Positions 8,471 to 16,912 of a stretch of 24,000 bases of DNA are shown piece by piece. The translations under genes and the position numbers were made by a program. Source of the stretch: Rouxiella aceris (GTDB lineage: Bacteria; Pseudomonadota; Gammaproteobacteria; Enterobacterales; Enterobacteriaceae); assembly GCF_012933545.1 (NCBI RefSeq), contig NZ_JAADJU010000005.1:324525-348524 (forward strand). The letters are read 5' to 3'. How positions within the stretch are numbered: the stretch's first letter is position 1; every line of letters begins with the position of its first letter. The notes below the pieces were generated by a model, which was given only the letters and a program-made list of their open reading frames with translations, was not told where the DNA came from and did no database searches.

Positions 8471-8731
8471 TCACTAATATCTGCGAAGAAAGTTTTTACC
8501 GTTCATTGAAGATGGAATATCTCTATTGCTAACGCTTATATCAGCGGGGAAGTGATGTGAAGGGTAATTTCTTCAATACGGATATTTATAAATGGATCAC
8601 AGACTGCTGACAAAGTCCATTATTAGGGAGAGTGCACCGTTGGGGTCGTAGCGGGCTTGCCCGCCGGAGCGCCCCTGGGTGTGCTATGCCCGGGTATCTC
8701 GATCATCAAGACGACTTTGTCATCAAACTCA

Positions 8732-9019
8732 TCACCTCATTCTTTCGCTTGCTAAGTGATAAACATCACTGCGTTCACGCTTACCCACAGCAACAACTGC
8801 GATAACCAATATTTCGTCAATAACCTGATATACCAGGCGGAAACCAGAGGCTCGAAGTTTTATTTTATAGCAGTCCTTTATGCCACGTAATTTTGACGAT
8901 GGAATATGTGGATTTTCACAACATTTTTTTAATTTCTTTGCAAACTGTTGCTGAATGGTCTTATCCAGCTTCTGCCACTCTTTCAGCGCATCTTCCCTGA
9001 ATTTGACCTTATAATTCAT
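8732..9019 (-). CDS. relE: Type II toxin, RelE/StbE (ParE/RelE superfamily) mRNA interferase
   Basis: 95 aa. ...ALKEWQKLDKTIQQQFAKKLKKCCENPHIPSSKLRGIKDCYKIKLRASGFRLVYQVIDEILVIAVVAVGKRERSDVY closely parallels E. coli RelE (ALKEWRKL..., KLRGMPDCYKIKLRSSGYRLVYQVIDEKVVV-V--VGKRERSEVY) as recalled. Its start overlaps the antitoxin stop by 4 nt. Confidence 0.88.
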   Translation of the reverse strand: MNYKVKFREDALKEWQKLDKTIQQQFAKKLKKCCENPHIPSSKLRGIKDCYKIKLRASGFRLVYQVIDEILVIAVVAVGKRERSDVYHLASERMR

Positions 9020-9267
9020 AGATAGCTATCCAGATCTATTTCAAGTAGCGGTTGGTTACCGCGCTCACTGACCAGTTTAACCAGCTCCTGATCATCCAGG
9101 GCGTCGAGTATTTTTTCATAGAGTTCTGCGGGTACACAATAGAATGCAGGTTGATTACGGTTCAGTATCGCGACAGGGAAACCGTCACCGGCATTGACTG
9201 TAGCCATAGGGTTCTTTTTTAACTCGCTTACGCTGGCGCTGGTATCACTTAAAATAATGTTCGGCAT
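9016..9267 (-). CDS. Type II antitoxin, Phd/YefM (StbD-like) family
   Basis: 83 aa. The N-terminal SVSELKKNPMATVNAGDGFPVAILNRNQPAFYCVPAELYEKILDALDD fits the Phd/YefM fold signature (S...ELR.N....v......pv.I..rn.p.avlv....ye). It lies upstream of the toxin and overlaps it by 4 nt. GAGGGTGAG lies upstream of the ATG. Confidence 0.85.
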   Translation of the reverse strand: MPNIILSDTSASVSELKKNPMATVNAGDGFPVAILNRNQPAFYCVPAELYEKILDALDDQELVKLVSERGNQPLLEIDLDSYL

Positions 9268-9278
9268 AACTCACCCTC

Positions 9279-9335
9279 AAGACTGTTTAACAGGTCTTTA
9301 AAGGTAGCAATCTAAAGACCTACTAACAAGTCTTT
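9279..9335. promoter_or_regulatory. Probable TA autoregulatory operators / promoter
   Basis: There are two imperfect dyads built on AAGAC...GTCTT: aagactgtttaacaggtctt (9279-9298) and aaagacctactaacaagtcttt (9314-9335). They lie 12-68 nt upstream of the antitoxin start. On the minus strand, TTGTTA-N17-TACCTT overlaps them. Confidence 0.5.
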
Positions 9336-9430
9336 TTAACGTTTTTTGTACAGTTGGGCTGCCCGAGCGTAAACCTCACTCGGTGAAACAGTGAGCGAGA
9401 CTGAGTCTGTCTGAGCAAATTATTGAGGTA

Positions 9431-9532
9431 TTCTATAACTGGACCATGACCTATCTGCCCGAGGTGAAACGCGCAGGTTTGGCTTTTGATCAGCAAGCTA
9501 ATGATTTACGCTAAGCCTATCAACCTACTGCG
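9431..9532 (+). pseudogene. Displaced, decayed copy of the hxlR 3' end (direct repeat copy B)
   Basis: This copy is about 88% identical to 8366-8467 in the same register. In the homologous reading frame, the GAA codon of copy A (8447-8449) is TAA here (9512-9514). There is no upstream coding continuity. Confidence 0.8.
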
Positions 9533-9571
9533 TTATAACGATGATTGCCCTTTGTGGCCCGGAGAATCAGC

Positions 9572-10207
9572 ATGTATGTTCCCCCGCCGTTTCGCGAAAA
9601 CCGCACCGAAGTGCTTTACGATCTGATTGCTCACTATCCCCTCGGGACGCTGGTCAGCCAGACTGACGGGCAACTGGATGCCATGCATCTGCCGTTTGAG
9701 ATTAACCTTGCCGACAACGGCACGGCCACCCTGCTGGCCCACGTGGCGCGCGCCAATCCAATCTGGCGCGAAGTGGCCAACGGCAGCGACGTGCTCATCG
9801 TGTTTCGCGGCGGTGATGCTTATATTTCCCCGAACTGGTATCCGAGCAAACAGCAAACGCATCGTCAGGTACCCACCTGGAATTATCGCACAGTCCATGT
9901 GCGCGGGCAGATTACTTTTCGCGATGACCTGCCGTTTCTGCATGATGTTCTCACCAGGCTGACTGCACGACAAGAAGCCACGCACACGCTGCCCTGGCAA
10001 ATCGGTGATGCCCCCGAGGACTATATCGCCGGTATGCTCAAGGCGATTGTCGGGGTAGAGATCACCATTAGCGAGATCGTTGGCTGCGTTAAGCTCGGGC
10101 AAAATAAAAACCAACAAGACCTGCAAGGGGCAGCAAACGGCGTTATTGAACAGGGTAATCTGATCATTGGCGAAGCCATGCTGGCGGGACTTAAAGATAA
10201 AAACTGA
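9572..10207 (+). CDS. paiB: PaiB-family FMN-binding (pyridoxamine-phosphate-oxidase-like) putative transcriptional regulator
   Basis: 211 aa from the ATG at 9572 (GGAGA upstream). MYVPPPFRE......L..LI..YP.GTLV......L.A.HLPF....., H.ARANP.W......VL.VF.G..AYISP.WY.......VPTWNY..VH..G resembles B. subtilis PaiB as recalled. Confidence 0.82.
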   Translation: MYVPPPFRENRTEVLYDLIAHYPLGTLVSQTDGQLDAMHLPFEINLADNGTATLLAHVARANPIWREVANGSDVLIVFRGGDAYISPNWYPSKQQTHRQVPTWNYRTVHVRGQITFRDDLPFLHDVLTRLTARQEATHTLPWQIGDAPEDYIAGMLKAIVGVEITISEIVGCVKLGQNKNQQDLQGAANGVIEQGNLIIGEAMLAGLKDKN

Positions 10208-10258
10208 GGTCAGGTGGAGGTATTGCGGCAACGGCCATCCTGTGCCGTTGCCGAGGGT

Positions 10259-11104
10259 TTATAACACCTTGTCCAAAAACTGCTGTGTACGTGAGTGTTG
10301 TGGCCGCTCCAACACCTGTGCGGCGCTGCCGCTTTCTACAATACGACCCTCCACCATAAATACCACCCGGTCGGCGACCTGACGGGCAAAACCGATTTCA
10401 TGGGTTACCACCACCATCGTCACGCCGGAGCGGGCCAGCTTTTTAATGACTTCCAGCACTTCGCCCACCAGTTCGGGATCCAGCGCCGAGGTCGGTTCAT
10501 CAAATAACATCACTTTCGGGTTAAGGGCCAACGCACGGGCAATGGCGATGCGCTGCTGCTGTCCACCGGAAAGATGCCGTGGCCACGCCTGCGCCTTGTC
10601 TCGCAAGCCGACGGTATCAAGCAAGGCATAGGCCTGGGCAATGGCCTGTTTGCGGCTGTACAGTCGATGGACAATCGGCGCTTCGATGATGTTATCCAGT
10701 ACGGTCATATGTGGGAACAGATTGAAGTTCTGAAAGACATAACCGACCTGGGTGCGCTGTTTAAGGATCGCCCGTTCTTTTAACTCATAAAGTGTATTGC
10801 CTTTACGCCGGTAGCCGACGTAATCGCCATCTATCTGAATAAAACCTTCATCTACCCGCTCAAGATGGTTAATGGTGCGCAACAAGGTTGATTTTCCGGA
10901 CCCGGAAGGGCCGAGGATCACCGTTACCGTGCCAGGTTCAATGGTCAGGCTGACGTTATCCAGCGCCTTGTAGTTACCGTAGTATTTGCTGAGATTACGA
11001 ATGGCAATGCGTCCGGCAAGTTGTCCAGGCTCTGCCGTCAGGCGTGGTTGTTCTGCCTGCCGCGGGGTCGGACGCTTAACAAAGAGATCAAAAGCTTCTG
11101 ACAT
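10259..11104 (-). CDS. Amino-acid-type ABC transporter, ATP-binding subunit
   Basis: Walker [11 protein letters not shown]-loop, signature [15 protein letters not shown], Walker [12 protein letters not shown] and H-loop VVVTHE. The overall pattern is like the GlnQ/ArtP/HisP class. Confidence 0.92.
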   Translation of the reverse strand: MSEAFDLFVKRPTPRQAEQPRLTAEPGQLAGRIAIRNLSKYYGNYKALDNVSLTIEPGTVTVILGPSGSGKSTLLRTINHLERVDEGFIQIDGDYVGYRRKGNTLYELKERAILKQRTQVGYVFQNFNLFPHMTVLDNIIEAPIVHRLYSRKQAIAQAYALLDTVGLRDKAQAWPRHLSGGQQQRIAIARALALNPKVMLFDEPTSALDPELVGEVLEVIKKLARSGVTMVVVTHEIGFARQVADRVVFMVEGRIVESGSAAQVLERPQHSRTQQFLDKVL

Positions 11105-11121
11105 AAGGCATCACTCCGTTT

Positions 11122-12036
11122 TCATGGTCGGGCCGTGCGCCATTGACGCAGGCGTTGCAGGGTTGTCGGTGCGATATGGCGTATTGCCCCGCGCGAAAAA
11201 TAGCGTTCGACATAATATTGCAGTATCGACAGGACGGTGGTGATCAGCAGGTACCAGACGGTGGCCACCATCAGCAACGGAATAACCTGTTGCGTGCGGT
11301 TGTAGATCACCTGCACGGTATAGAACAGTTCCGGCATCGATAAGACATAAACAATGGATGTGCCCTTGGCCAGGCTGATCACTTCGTTAAAGCCAGTGGG
11401 TAAAATAGCGCGTAGCGCCTGCGGTAAAATAATGCGCAAGGTGCGACGCCAGGCGGGTAATCCCAGTGCCGCTGCGGCTTCTTGTTGCCCATGATCGACA
11501 CCGATAATTCCGCCACGGATAATTTCGGCGGTATAGGCAGATTGCACCAGCGATAACCCCAGTACCGCCACCGAAAATTGATCCAGCAGATCGACGGTGG
11601 AATGACGGAAAAATTCAATCGAGGTAAAGGGAATCCCCAGGGACAGGCTGTCGTATAAATAAGAGAAGTTATAGAGAACGATAAGCACCAGCAGCAGCGG
11701 CAATGAGCGAAACAGCCAGATATATCCCCAGGCCAGAGCGCTTAATAGATAGGACTTTGATAAGCGCGCCAACGCCAGCAAGGTGCCAAAGATAATGCCA
11801 AACAGGGTGCCCAGCAGTGTCAGCAGCAGCGTTTTACCAAGACCGGCGAGGATCACCGGGTCAAAAAACCACTGGCGAAATACTCCCCATTCCCAACGCG
11901 GGTTGGTGGCAATGGATTGCACAATGGCCAGCAAAATAAACAGGGCAAAAAAAGCCGCCAACAGGCGCAGCGGATAGCGTGCCGCCACCACCTTTAATGG
12001 CCGATCATCAGCGTCATATTTATTGATATCACTCAT
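11122..12036 (-). CDS. Amino-acid-type ABC transporter permease (HisM/GlnP/ArtQ class)
   Basis: 304 aa from the ATG at 12036. It carries the EAA-type loop motif ...YTAEIIRGGI..V..GQ.EAA.ALGL........I.LPQA.R..LP. The start was chosen because it overlaps the GNAT stop by 8 nt, which suggests translational coupling. The further-upstream part of the ORF is Cys/Arg-rich and not protein-like. Confidence 0.88.
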   Translation of the reverse strand: MSDINKYDADDRPLKVVAARYPLRLLAAFFALFILLAIVQSIATNPRWEWGVFRQWFFDPVILAGLGKTLLLTLLGTLFGIIFGTLLALARLSKSYLLSALAWGYIWLFRSLPLLLVLIVLYNFSYLYDSLSLGIPFTSIEFFRHSTVDLLDQFSVAVLGLSLVQSAYTAEIIRGGIIGVDHGQQEAAAALGLPAWRRTLRIILPQALRAILPTGFNEVISLAKGTSIVYVLSMPELFYTVQVIYNRTQQVIPLLMVATVWYLLITTVLSILQYYVERYFSRGAIRHIAPTTLQRLRQWRTARP

Positions 12037-12559
12037 AAGCCTGCTCCCGGTGCGCGGTCTGCGGCAGGCTGTCGGGCGACAGTAGCTTGATAAACGGCAA
12101 GCGTCCGTCATAAGGCGGCAGCGAGTAGCTTTCTGGATCGCGCTGGGTGTCAAACTGCGGTTGATAGTGCAAAGAGAGGTAGAGCCTGACCGCCTCGGGT
12201 TGCCGGAAACCGGTGGTCAGAAACAGCCGACGATAACCCAGGTTCAAAGCCAGTTGTTCCAGTTGCCGGACCACTTTTTGCGCCAGCCCCTGACGGCGCA
12301 GCGAGGTATCGGTCCAGATCCGTTTTAGCTCGGCAGTCTGCTCGTCGTAACGTTTAAACGCCCCCATGGCAATGGGGCGTCCTTGACGCAACAGCACAAT
12401 AAACACCCCGTCTGGCGGGGCATAAACGTCTACTGATTCGGCCTCTTGCTCGCCAAAATAGTCGCCGTAACGGGCACGATATTCGCCAAACAAACCGGCA
12501 ATAACGGCCGCAATCAGCGGGTCATCAGCGCGGGTGTGAATAAAGGTATCCTGGCTCAT
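12029..12559 (-). CDS. GNAT-family N-acetyltransferase embedded in the transporter operon
   Basis: 176 aa from the ATG at 12559 (GGAGGAG upstream). The acetyl-CoA motif A region is ...ELKRIWTDTSLRRQGLAQKVVRQLEQLA...GYRRLFLTT (R-x-x-G-x-A/G pattern). Confidence 0.82.
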   Translation of the reverse strand: MSQDTFIHTRADDPLIAAVIAGLFGEYRARYGDYFGEQEAESVDVYAPPDGVFIVLLRQGRPIAMGAFKRYDEQTAELKRIWTDTSLRRQGLAQKVVRQLEQLALNLGYRRLFLTTGFRQPEAVRLYLSLHYQPQFDTQRDPESYSLPPYDGRLPFIKLLSPDSLPQTAHREQAYE

Positions 12560-12576
12560 AAGGTCTCCTCCGTCGA

Positions 12577-13497
12577 TCAATCGCCAAGGCCTGGCGGGTT
12601 AATGGTGGAGTGCTCAATTTTTTCCACGCTCTCTCCCCAACGGTCTAATACCTGCAGGTAGCTGCCGTTGGCAATGGCATTATTAAGCGAGGCCTGTACC
12701 GCATCGACCAAGCCGTTGCCCTTTTTAAGGGTGACCGCAATATTGGCGGTTTTTGGCCAGCCGCCGGGTACAACCCCTACCAGCCGGGTATTGCCGCTGA
12801 GTTTGGCTTTATAGGCACCGGTGACATTGGGGCCAAAGGTGGCATCGGCGCGACCGGACTGTAGCGCCAGCGTCGCAGCGGCATCATCAGTGACATACAG
12901 TGGCTGGAAGGGCGCCAGTCCTTTGGCCTGGTTCTCTTTATCCCAGGCGAGCAAAATCGCCTCCTGATTGGTGCCGGAACCGACAATAATGCGCTTACCG
13001 GCTATATCTGCTGCGGCGTTGATGGCGGTGATTTTGCTGCCGGTTTTTACATAGAAACCCAGGGTGTCCTGCCGGTAGGTGGCAAAATCAAATTTGGTTT
13101 TTCGCTCTTTGGTGACGGTTATATTGTAAATCGCTGCATCATATTTTCCTGAAGTCACCCCCAGCGGCCAGTCCTCCCAGGAGGAGGGCACCAGCTTGAG
13201 TTTTAACCCCAGACCGTCGGCGACCAGACGGGCAATATCCGCCTCACTGCCGATCACCGTTTTATTGTCACGGGCAAACAGTCCGAACGGCGGTGCGCTG
13301 CCCAATACGGCTACGGCCACGGTTAAGGTTCCGGGTTGTACAAATGAAAAGTTGGCCGGAATTTTAGCGGCAGCCTCGGCATTTTTTGCCGTGTGGATCG
13401 GCGTCTCGTTGGCGATCAAATCAATACCCGACGCCGCTTGCGTCAGCGGGGAGAAAGCCAGTAAAGCGGCGATAGTTAACTTTGCGCGATGCACCAT
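12577..13497 (-). CDS. ABC transporter periplasmic substrate-binding protein (family 3, polar amino acid type)
   Basis: 306 aa with a signal peptide (MVHRAKLTIAALLAFSPLTQAAS). It has family-3 SBP features (...GLFARDNKTVIGSEADIARLVADGLGLKLKLVPSSWEDWPLGVTSGKYDAAI...) and is the first gene of the operon. Confidence 0.85.
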   Translation of the reverse strand: MVHRAKLTIAALLAFSPLTQAASGIDLIANETPIHTAKNAEAAAKIPANFSFVQPGTLTVAVAVLGSAPPFGLFARDNKTVIGSEADIARLVADGLGLKLKLVPSSWEDWPLGVTSGKYDAAIYNITVTKERKTKFDFATYRQDTLGFYVKTGSKITAINAAADIAGKRIIVGSGTNQEAILLAWDKENQAKGLAPFQPLYVTDDAAATLALQSGRADATFGPNVTGAYKAKLSGNTRLVGVVPGGWPKTANIAVTLKKGNGLVDAVQASLNNAIANGSYLQVLDRWGESVEKIEHSTINPPGLGD

Positions 13498-13847
13498 TAT
13501 TATTTTTTATCCTGTAATTATTATTGAATAAGGGGGACTGGCACTATTGCCGAGCGCGGATGTTAAGTAAAACAACAAAATTAACTATTCAAATAAATAA
13601 AATGAAAATGACTATCGCAATGAGTGTTGCGGAAATTTTATTGCCAGCGGGATGTAAAAATATAAATGATGAGGTGTTCTCGCTTGCCGTTAGAAAAATA
13701 GCAGCATAGGAAAGATGATTTTTCTATTTAGTCCCGCCGCGCTTTTATGGAATTCTTTTTCCTTCGTGTTTGCCAATTTGCTGCCAATTGGCGAGCAAAG
13801 GCTGGCTGCGTATTGTCGCCAGCCCGTCCGCCATAAGGGATCCCGTA

Positions 13848-15170
13848 ATGAGTAACCGCAAAAAGAGTATTAAATTAGGCCTGATGTTGCACGGTGCAGG
13901 TGGTCATATGAATTCATGGCGCCATGAAAAAGCCCCGGCCGATGCCAGCGTAAATTTCCCCTATTTCCGTGAACTGGCGTTACGCGCCGAGGCGGCAAAC
14001 TTTGATTTTTTGTTTGTCGCCGATGGTTTGCATATTAATGAAAAATCGCTGCCTCATTTTCTTAATCGGTTTGAACCTATTGCGCTATTGTCCGCATTGG
14101 CGGCGGTTACCCAGCGTATTGGCCTGGCGGGCACCATTTCTACCTCTTATAGCGATCCTTTTACCGTGGCCCGCCAACTGGCTTCGATCGACAATATCAG
14201 TCAGGGGCGCGCCGGGTGGAATGTGGTGACCTCGCCGCTGGCCGGTTCAGCCAAAAATTTTGGCAAAGCGCATCCTGAACATGCCTTGCGTTATCAGATT
14301 GCCGAAGAGTATATCCAGGTAGTACAGGGATTATGGGACTCCTGGGAGGATGATGCCTTTATTCGTGACCGGCAAAGCGGGCAATTTTTTGATGCCGACA
14401 AGCTGCATAAACTTAATCATCAGGGGCAGTTTTTTAACGTTGAAGGTCCGCTGAATATTCAGCGTTCACCGCAGGGACAGCCGGTGATCTTTCAGGCCGG
14501 CGCATCCGCTGCCGGGATTGCACTGGCGGCCCGATCTGCCGATGCGGTATTTACCAATGCGCGCACGCTTGATGAGGCCGCACTCTACGCTGATAAATTG
14601 CAGCATCAGGTGCAGGAGCAGGGACGACAGCCGGTGGGTATCTTCCCCGGTATCAGCCCGATCGTCGGGCAAAGCATAGAGCAGGCGGAAGCAAAATATC
14701 AGTATCTGTTGTCGCTGATCTCCGTTGATGATGCGCTGGCCTATCTCGGCCGCTTTTTCGATCACCATGACTTTGCGCAATATCCCCTGGATGGTCCTTT
14801 CCCTGAGTTGGGCGATCTGGGGCAAAACAGCTTCCGTTCTACCACCGATGAGATCAAACGGCGGGCAAAAGAGCAGAATCTCAGCCTGCGCGAAGTGGCA
14901 TTTCAAACCACGCTGCCCAAAGGGGAGTTTTTTGGTACCCCTGAGCAGGTGGCTGATACCCTGATCCGCTGGGTGGAGCAGGGCGGTGCCAGCGGTTTTA
15001 TTATCAGCGGGCCGGTACTGACCGAGGCCCTTGACGATTTCACCCGCCTGGTATTGCCGGTGCTGGCTGCACGCGGCTATTGGCATCCGAGTACCGAGAG
15101 TGTCACCCTGCGCCAGCGTCTGGATATTCCCTTTAAAAATAATCGCTATAGTAAAAAAACGGCGGCGTAA
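13848..15170 (+). CDS. LLM-class flavin-dependent monooxygenase, NtaA/SnaA/DszA/SoxA subfamily
   Basis: 440 aa from the ATG at 13848 (AAGGGA upstream). ...[18 protein letters not shown]......., FDFLFVAD........, ...[38 protein letters not shown]... is characteristic of this subfamily. It is divergent from the ABC operon across a 350-bp AT-rich region. Confidence 0.87.
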   Translation: MSNRKKSIKLGLMLHGAGGHMNSWRHEKAPADASVNFPYFRELALRAEAANFDFLFVADGLHINEKSLPHFLNRFEPIALLSALAAVTQRIGLAGTISTSYSDPFTVARQLASIDNISQGRAGWNVVTSPLAGSAKNFGKAHPEHALRYQIAEEYIQVVQGLWDSWEDDAFIRDRQSGQFFDADKLHKLNHQGQFFNVEGPLNIQRSPQGQPVIFQAGASAAGIALAARSADAVFTNARTLDEAALYADKLQHQVQEQGRQPVGIFPGISPIVGQSIEQAEAKYQYLLSLISVDDALAYLGRFFDHHDFAQYPLDGPFPELGDLGQNSFRSTTDEIKRRAKEQNLSLREVAFQTTLPKGEFFGTPEQVADTLIRWVEQGGASGFIISGPVLTEALDDFTRLVLPVLAARGYWHPSTESVTLRQRLDIPFKNNRYSKKTAA

Positions 15171-15188
15171 GGGGACGCGGGCTGTGAT

Positions 15189-15221
15189 AACCGCTTAAGG
15201 CAACTTAGGCGGTTTTTTTTT
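15189..15221 (+). terminator. Rho-independent terminator after the monooxygenase gene
   Basis: The stem aaccgcttaag / cttaggcggtt (one G-T pair) is followed by a run of 9 T. Confidence 0.8.
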
Positions 15222-15411
15222 GCCGTAATGCAGTTCCGTTTTATGTTGCTTAATTTTCTATGATAAAAGTATCTGCTTAGATTGCTGCGTAATTATTCAT
15301 GATTATAACTATTGTTATGATAACGATGTTCGGTCAACGTTAAGCACCCGCCCACCTTCGTGATGGGTCGAGTGTTGGTTTTTATCTTGTTTTTTCTTCC
15401 AGGGATTTGCT

Positions 15412-16662
15412 ATGTCATCACCGTCCGTAAACTCGGATTCGCTGTTGCAACACCGATCTTTTGTCGCTTTCTGGGTAGCCCGGGCGGCGTCGAGCTTTGG
15501 TTTTCAGATGCTGGCTATTGTGGTGAGCTGGCAGATTTATTCCATGACCGGGCGTGCGCTGGACCTCGGGCTGATTGGTCTGGCCCAGTTCCTGCCTTCG
15601 GTATCGCTGGCGCTGGTGGCCGGTCATGTAGCGGATCAGTTCGATCGCCGTCGCATTGTATTACTGGGCCAGATGGTTGAAGGGTTGGCGATTGCCGCTC
15701 TGGCGGTGTTGAGCATCACCCATCATGTCAATGAGCTGATTGTCCTCGGCCTGATCCTGGTTATCTCCACGGCGAAAGCCATGGAAGCGCCGTCGTTACA
15801 ATCAATGTTGCCCGCCTTGGTGCCGCCCAATTTGCTGGCGCGGGCCATGGCAGCCAACGGCGTCTCTGGTCAGGCGGCGGCGATGGTCGGCCCGGCACTG
15901 GGTGGTTTTTTGTATATTGCCGGGGCAGGAACGGTGTATGCGGTGTGCGCGGCGCTGTATCTGCTGTCAATGCTGATGGTCAGCCGTTTGCGCTATGAGC
16001 AGGCACCACCGCGTCGCGTGCCGGCAACTTTCGCCACGCTGTTTGCCGGTATTCACTTTATCCGCCATCGTCCCGATGTGTTGGGGGTGATCTCCCTGGA
16101 TCTGTTTGCCGTTTTGCTCGGCGGGGCCACGGCGCTACTGCCTATTTTCGCCCATGATATTTTACATACCGGACCCTGGGGACTCGGTCTGCTGCGCGGG
16201 GCACCTGCGGTAGGCGGATTATTGGTCGGCTTCTGGCTTAGCCGTCGGGCGTTAAAACGCAATGTTGGGATGATTATGTTTGCCGCCGTGGCGGGCTTTG
16301 GTGTGGCTACGCTGGTCTTTGCTTTATCGACCACCTTATGGTTAACCATGCTGGCGCTGTTTGCCCTCGGCGGTTTTGATATGGTCAGTATGGTGATCCG
16401 CGGGGCGCTGGTTCAGCTCGATACCCCGGATGATATGCGTGGCCGGGTAAGTGCGGTGAATTCAATCTTTATCAATACTTCCAATCAACTCGGCGAGTTT
16501 GAATCGGGCATGCTGGCCGCCTGGGTCGGAGCGGTGCCCGCGGCGGCGTTAGGCGGTATCGGTACCTTGCTGGTGGTGGCCCTGTGGATGGCCTGGTTCC
16601 CCAATCTGCGTCGCCGTCAGCATCTGGAAAATGACGCGCCGCAGACACAAACGGCATCCTGA
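15412..16662 (+). CDS. MFS transporter, EntS/MFS_3-like
   Basis: 416 aa with about 12 hydrophobic segments. The N-terminal LLQHRSFVAFWVARAASSFGFQMLAIVVSWQIY..., and ...VADQFDRRRI... after TM2, are typical of the MFS_3 (enterobactin-exporter-like) family. Confidence 0.85.
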   Translation: MSSPSVNSDSLLQHRSFVAFWVARAASSFGFQMLAIVVSWQIYSMTGRALDLGLIGLAQFLPSVSLALVAGHVADQFDRRRIVLLGQMVEGLAIAALAVLSITHHVNELIVLGLILVISTAKAMEAPSLQSMLPALVPPNLLARAMAANGVSGQAAAMVGPALGGFLYIAGAGTVYAVCAALYLLSMLMVSRLRYEQAPPRRVPATFATLFAGIHFIRHRPDVLGVISLDLFAVLLGGATALLPIFAHDILHTGPWGLGLLRGAPAVGGLLVGFWLSRRALKRNVGMIMFAAVAGFGVATLVFALSTTLWLTMLALFALGGFDMVSMVIRGALVQLDTPDDMRGRVSAVNSIFINTSNQLGEFESGMLAAWVGAVPAAALGGIGTLLVVALWMAWFPNLRRRQHLENDAPQTQTAS

Positions 16663-16825
16663 CCCCGCTCTCGAGACGGTTTTTCTCGGCTGTATTTGCG
16701 TAATTATCAAGGAAAAGGCGGGGTTTTTTCCTGGTGATCCAGATGTCGATTAACGCTTTTGCACGCAGGGAGGCAGGTTATCGTGAGGCATGCCGCATTT
16801 ATCTCCTTTGTTGCTTAAAGAATGA

Positions 16826-16853
16826 TAAAGAATTTCCCTTGTCTGGCCGATAA
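16826..16853 (+). promoter_or_regulatory. sigma-28 (FliA) class-3 flagellar-type promoter upstream of cheV
   Basis: TAAAgaat-N12-GCCGATAA matches the consensus TAAAGTTT-N11-GCCGATAA. The -10 element is a perfect GCCGATAA and the spacer is 1 nt longer than consensus. It ends 59 nt upstream of the cheV ATG. Confidence 0.6.
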
Positions 16854-16912
16854 AGAGATCAGTCCCGCCATCGCGAGCACGCGCATGACTCATTATTTAC
16901 TCTGGGGAACAT

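Larger units (their letters stand above)
8468..9430. mobile_element. About 1-kb inserted islet carrying only a RelE/Phd-YefM TA cassette, bounded by the two hxlR-3'-end copies
   Basis: The segment is bracketed by 102-bp direct repeats. The cargo is more AT-rich than its flanks. Removing one repeat plus the cargo would place hxlR directly next to paiB. No integrase, transposase or terminal inverted repeats were seen, so the mobility mechanism is unknown. Confidence 0.45.

Noticed and set aside
8640-8700. A GC-rich patch with the short palindrome GCGGGCTTGCCCGC inside the TA islet, considered as a REP element, an att core or a relE terminator
   Set aside because: The palindrome is too short, with an effective 5-bp stem. 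No U-tract lies in the relE direction and there is no second copy elsewhere in the window. It is mentioned only as unexplained DNA under the TA-islet finding.
9533-10231. A 232-aa minus-strand ORF covering the whole paiB region
   Set aside because: It is the mirror ORF of paiB. The plus-strand product has clear PaiB family similarity and an RBS, and the minus-strand product has neither.
13524-13709. A 61-aa ORF in the AT-rich divergent region between the ABC operon and the monooxygenase gene
   Set aside because: It lies in very AT-rich promoter-like DNA and has a low-complexity, Lys/Ile/Met-rich product with no RBS. The region is more plausibly regulatory. A small protein cannot be fully excluded without Ribo-seq.
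14466-15086. A 206-aa minus-strand ORF inside the monooxygenase gene. Similar antisense ORFs lie inside cheV (16924-17439), the toxin gene (18380-19375, several) and xylE (21292-21742).
   Set aside because: All of them lie within, and antisense to or out of frame with, well-supported genes. They lack RBSs and family signatures, so I treat them as shadow ORFs.
15313-15331. A Fur-box-like sequence (tgttatgataacgatgttc) upstream of the second EntS-type MFS gene
   Set aside because: It matches the 19-bp Fur consensus GATAATGATAATCATTATC at only 12 of 19 positions by my manual alignment, and in AT-rich DNA such matches arise by chance. I kept it as a note, not a feature. A PWM scan or Fur ChIP/EMSA would decide.
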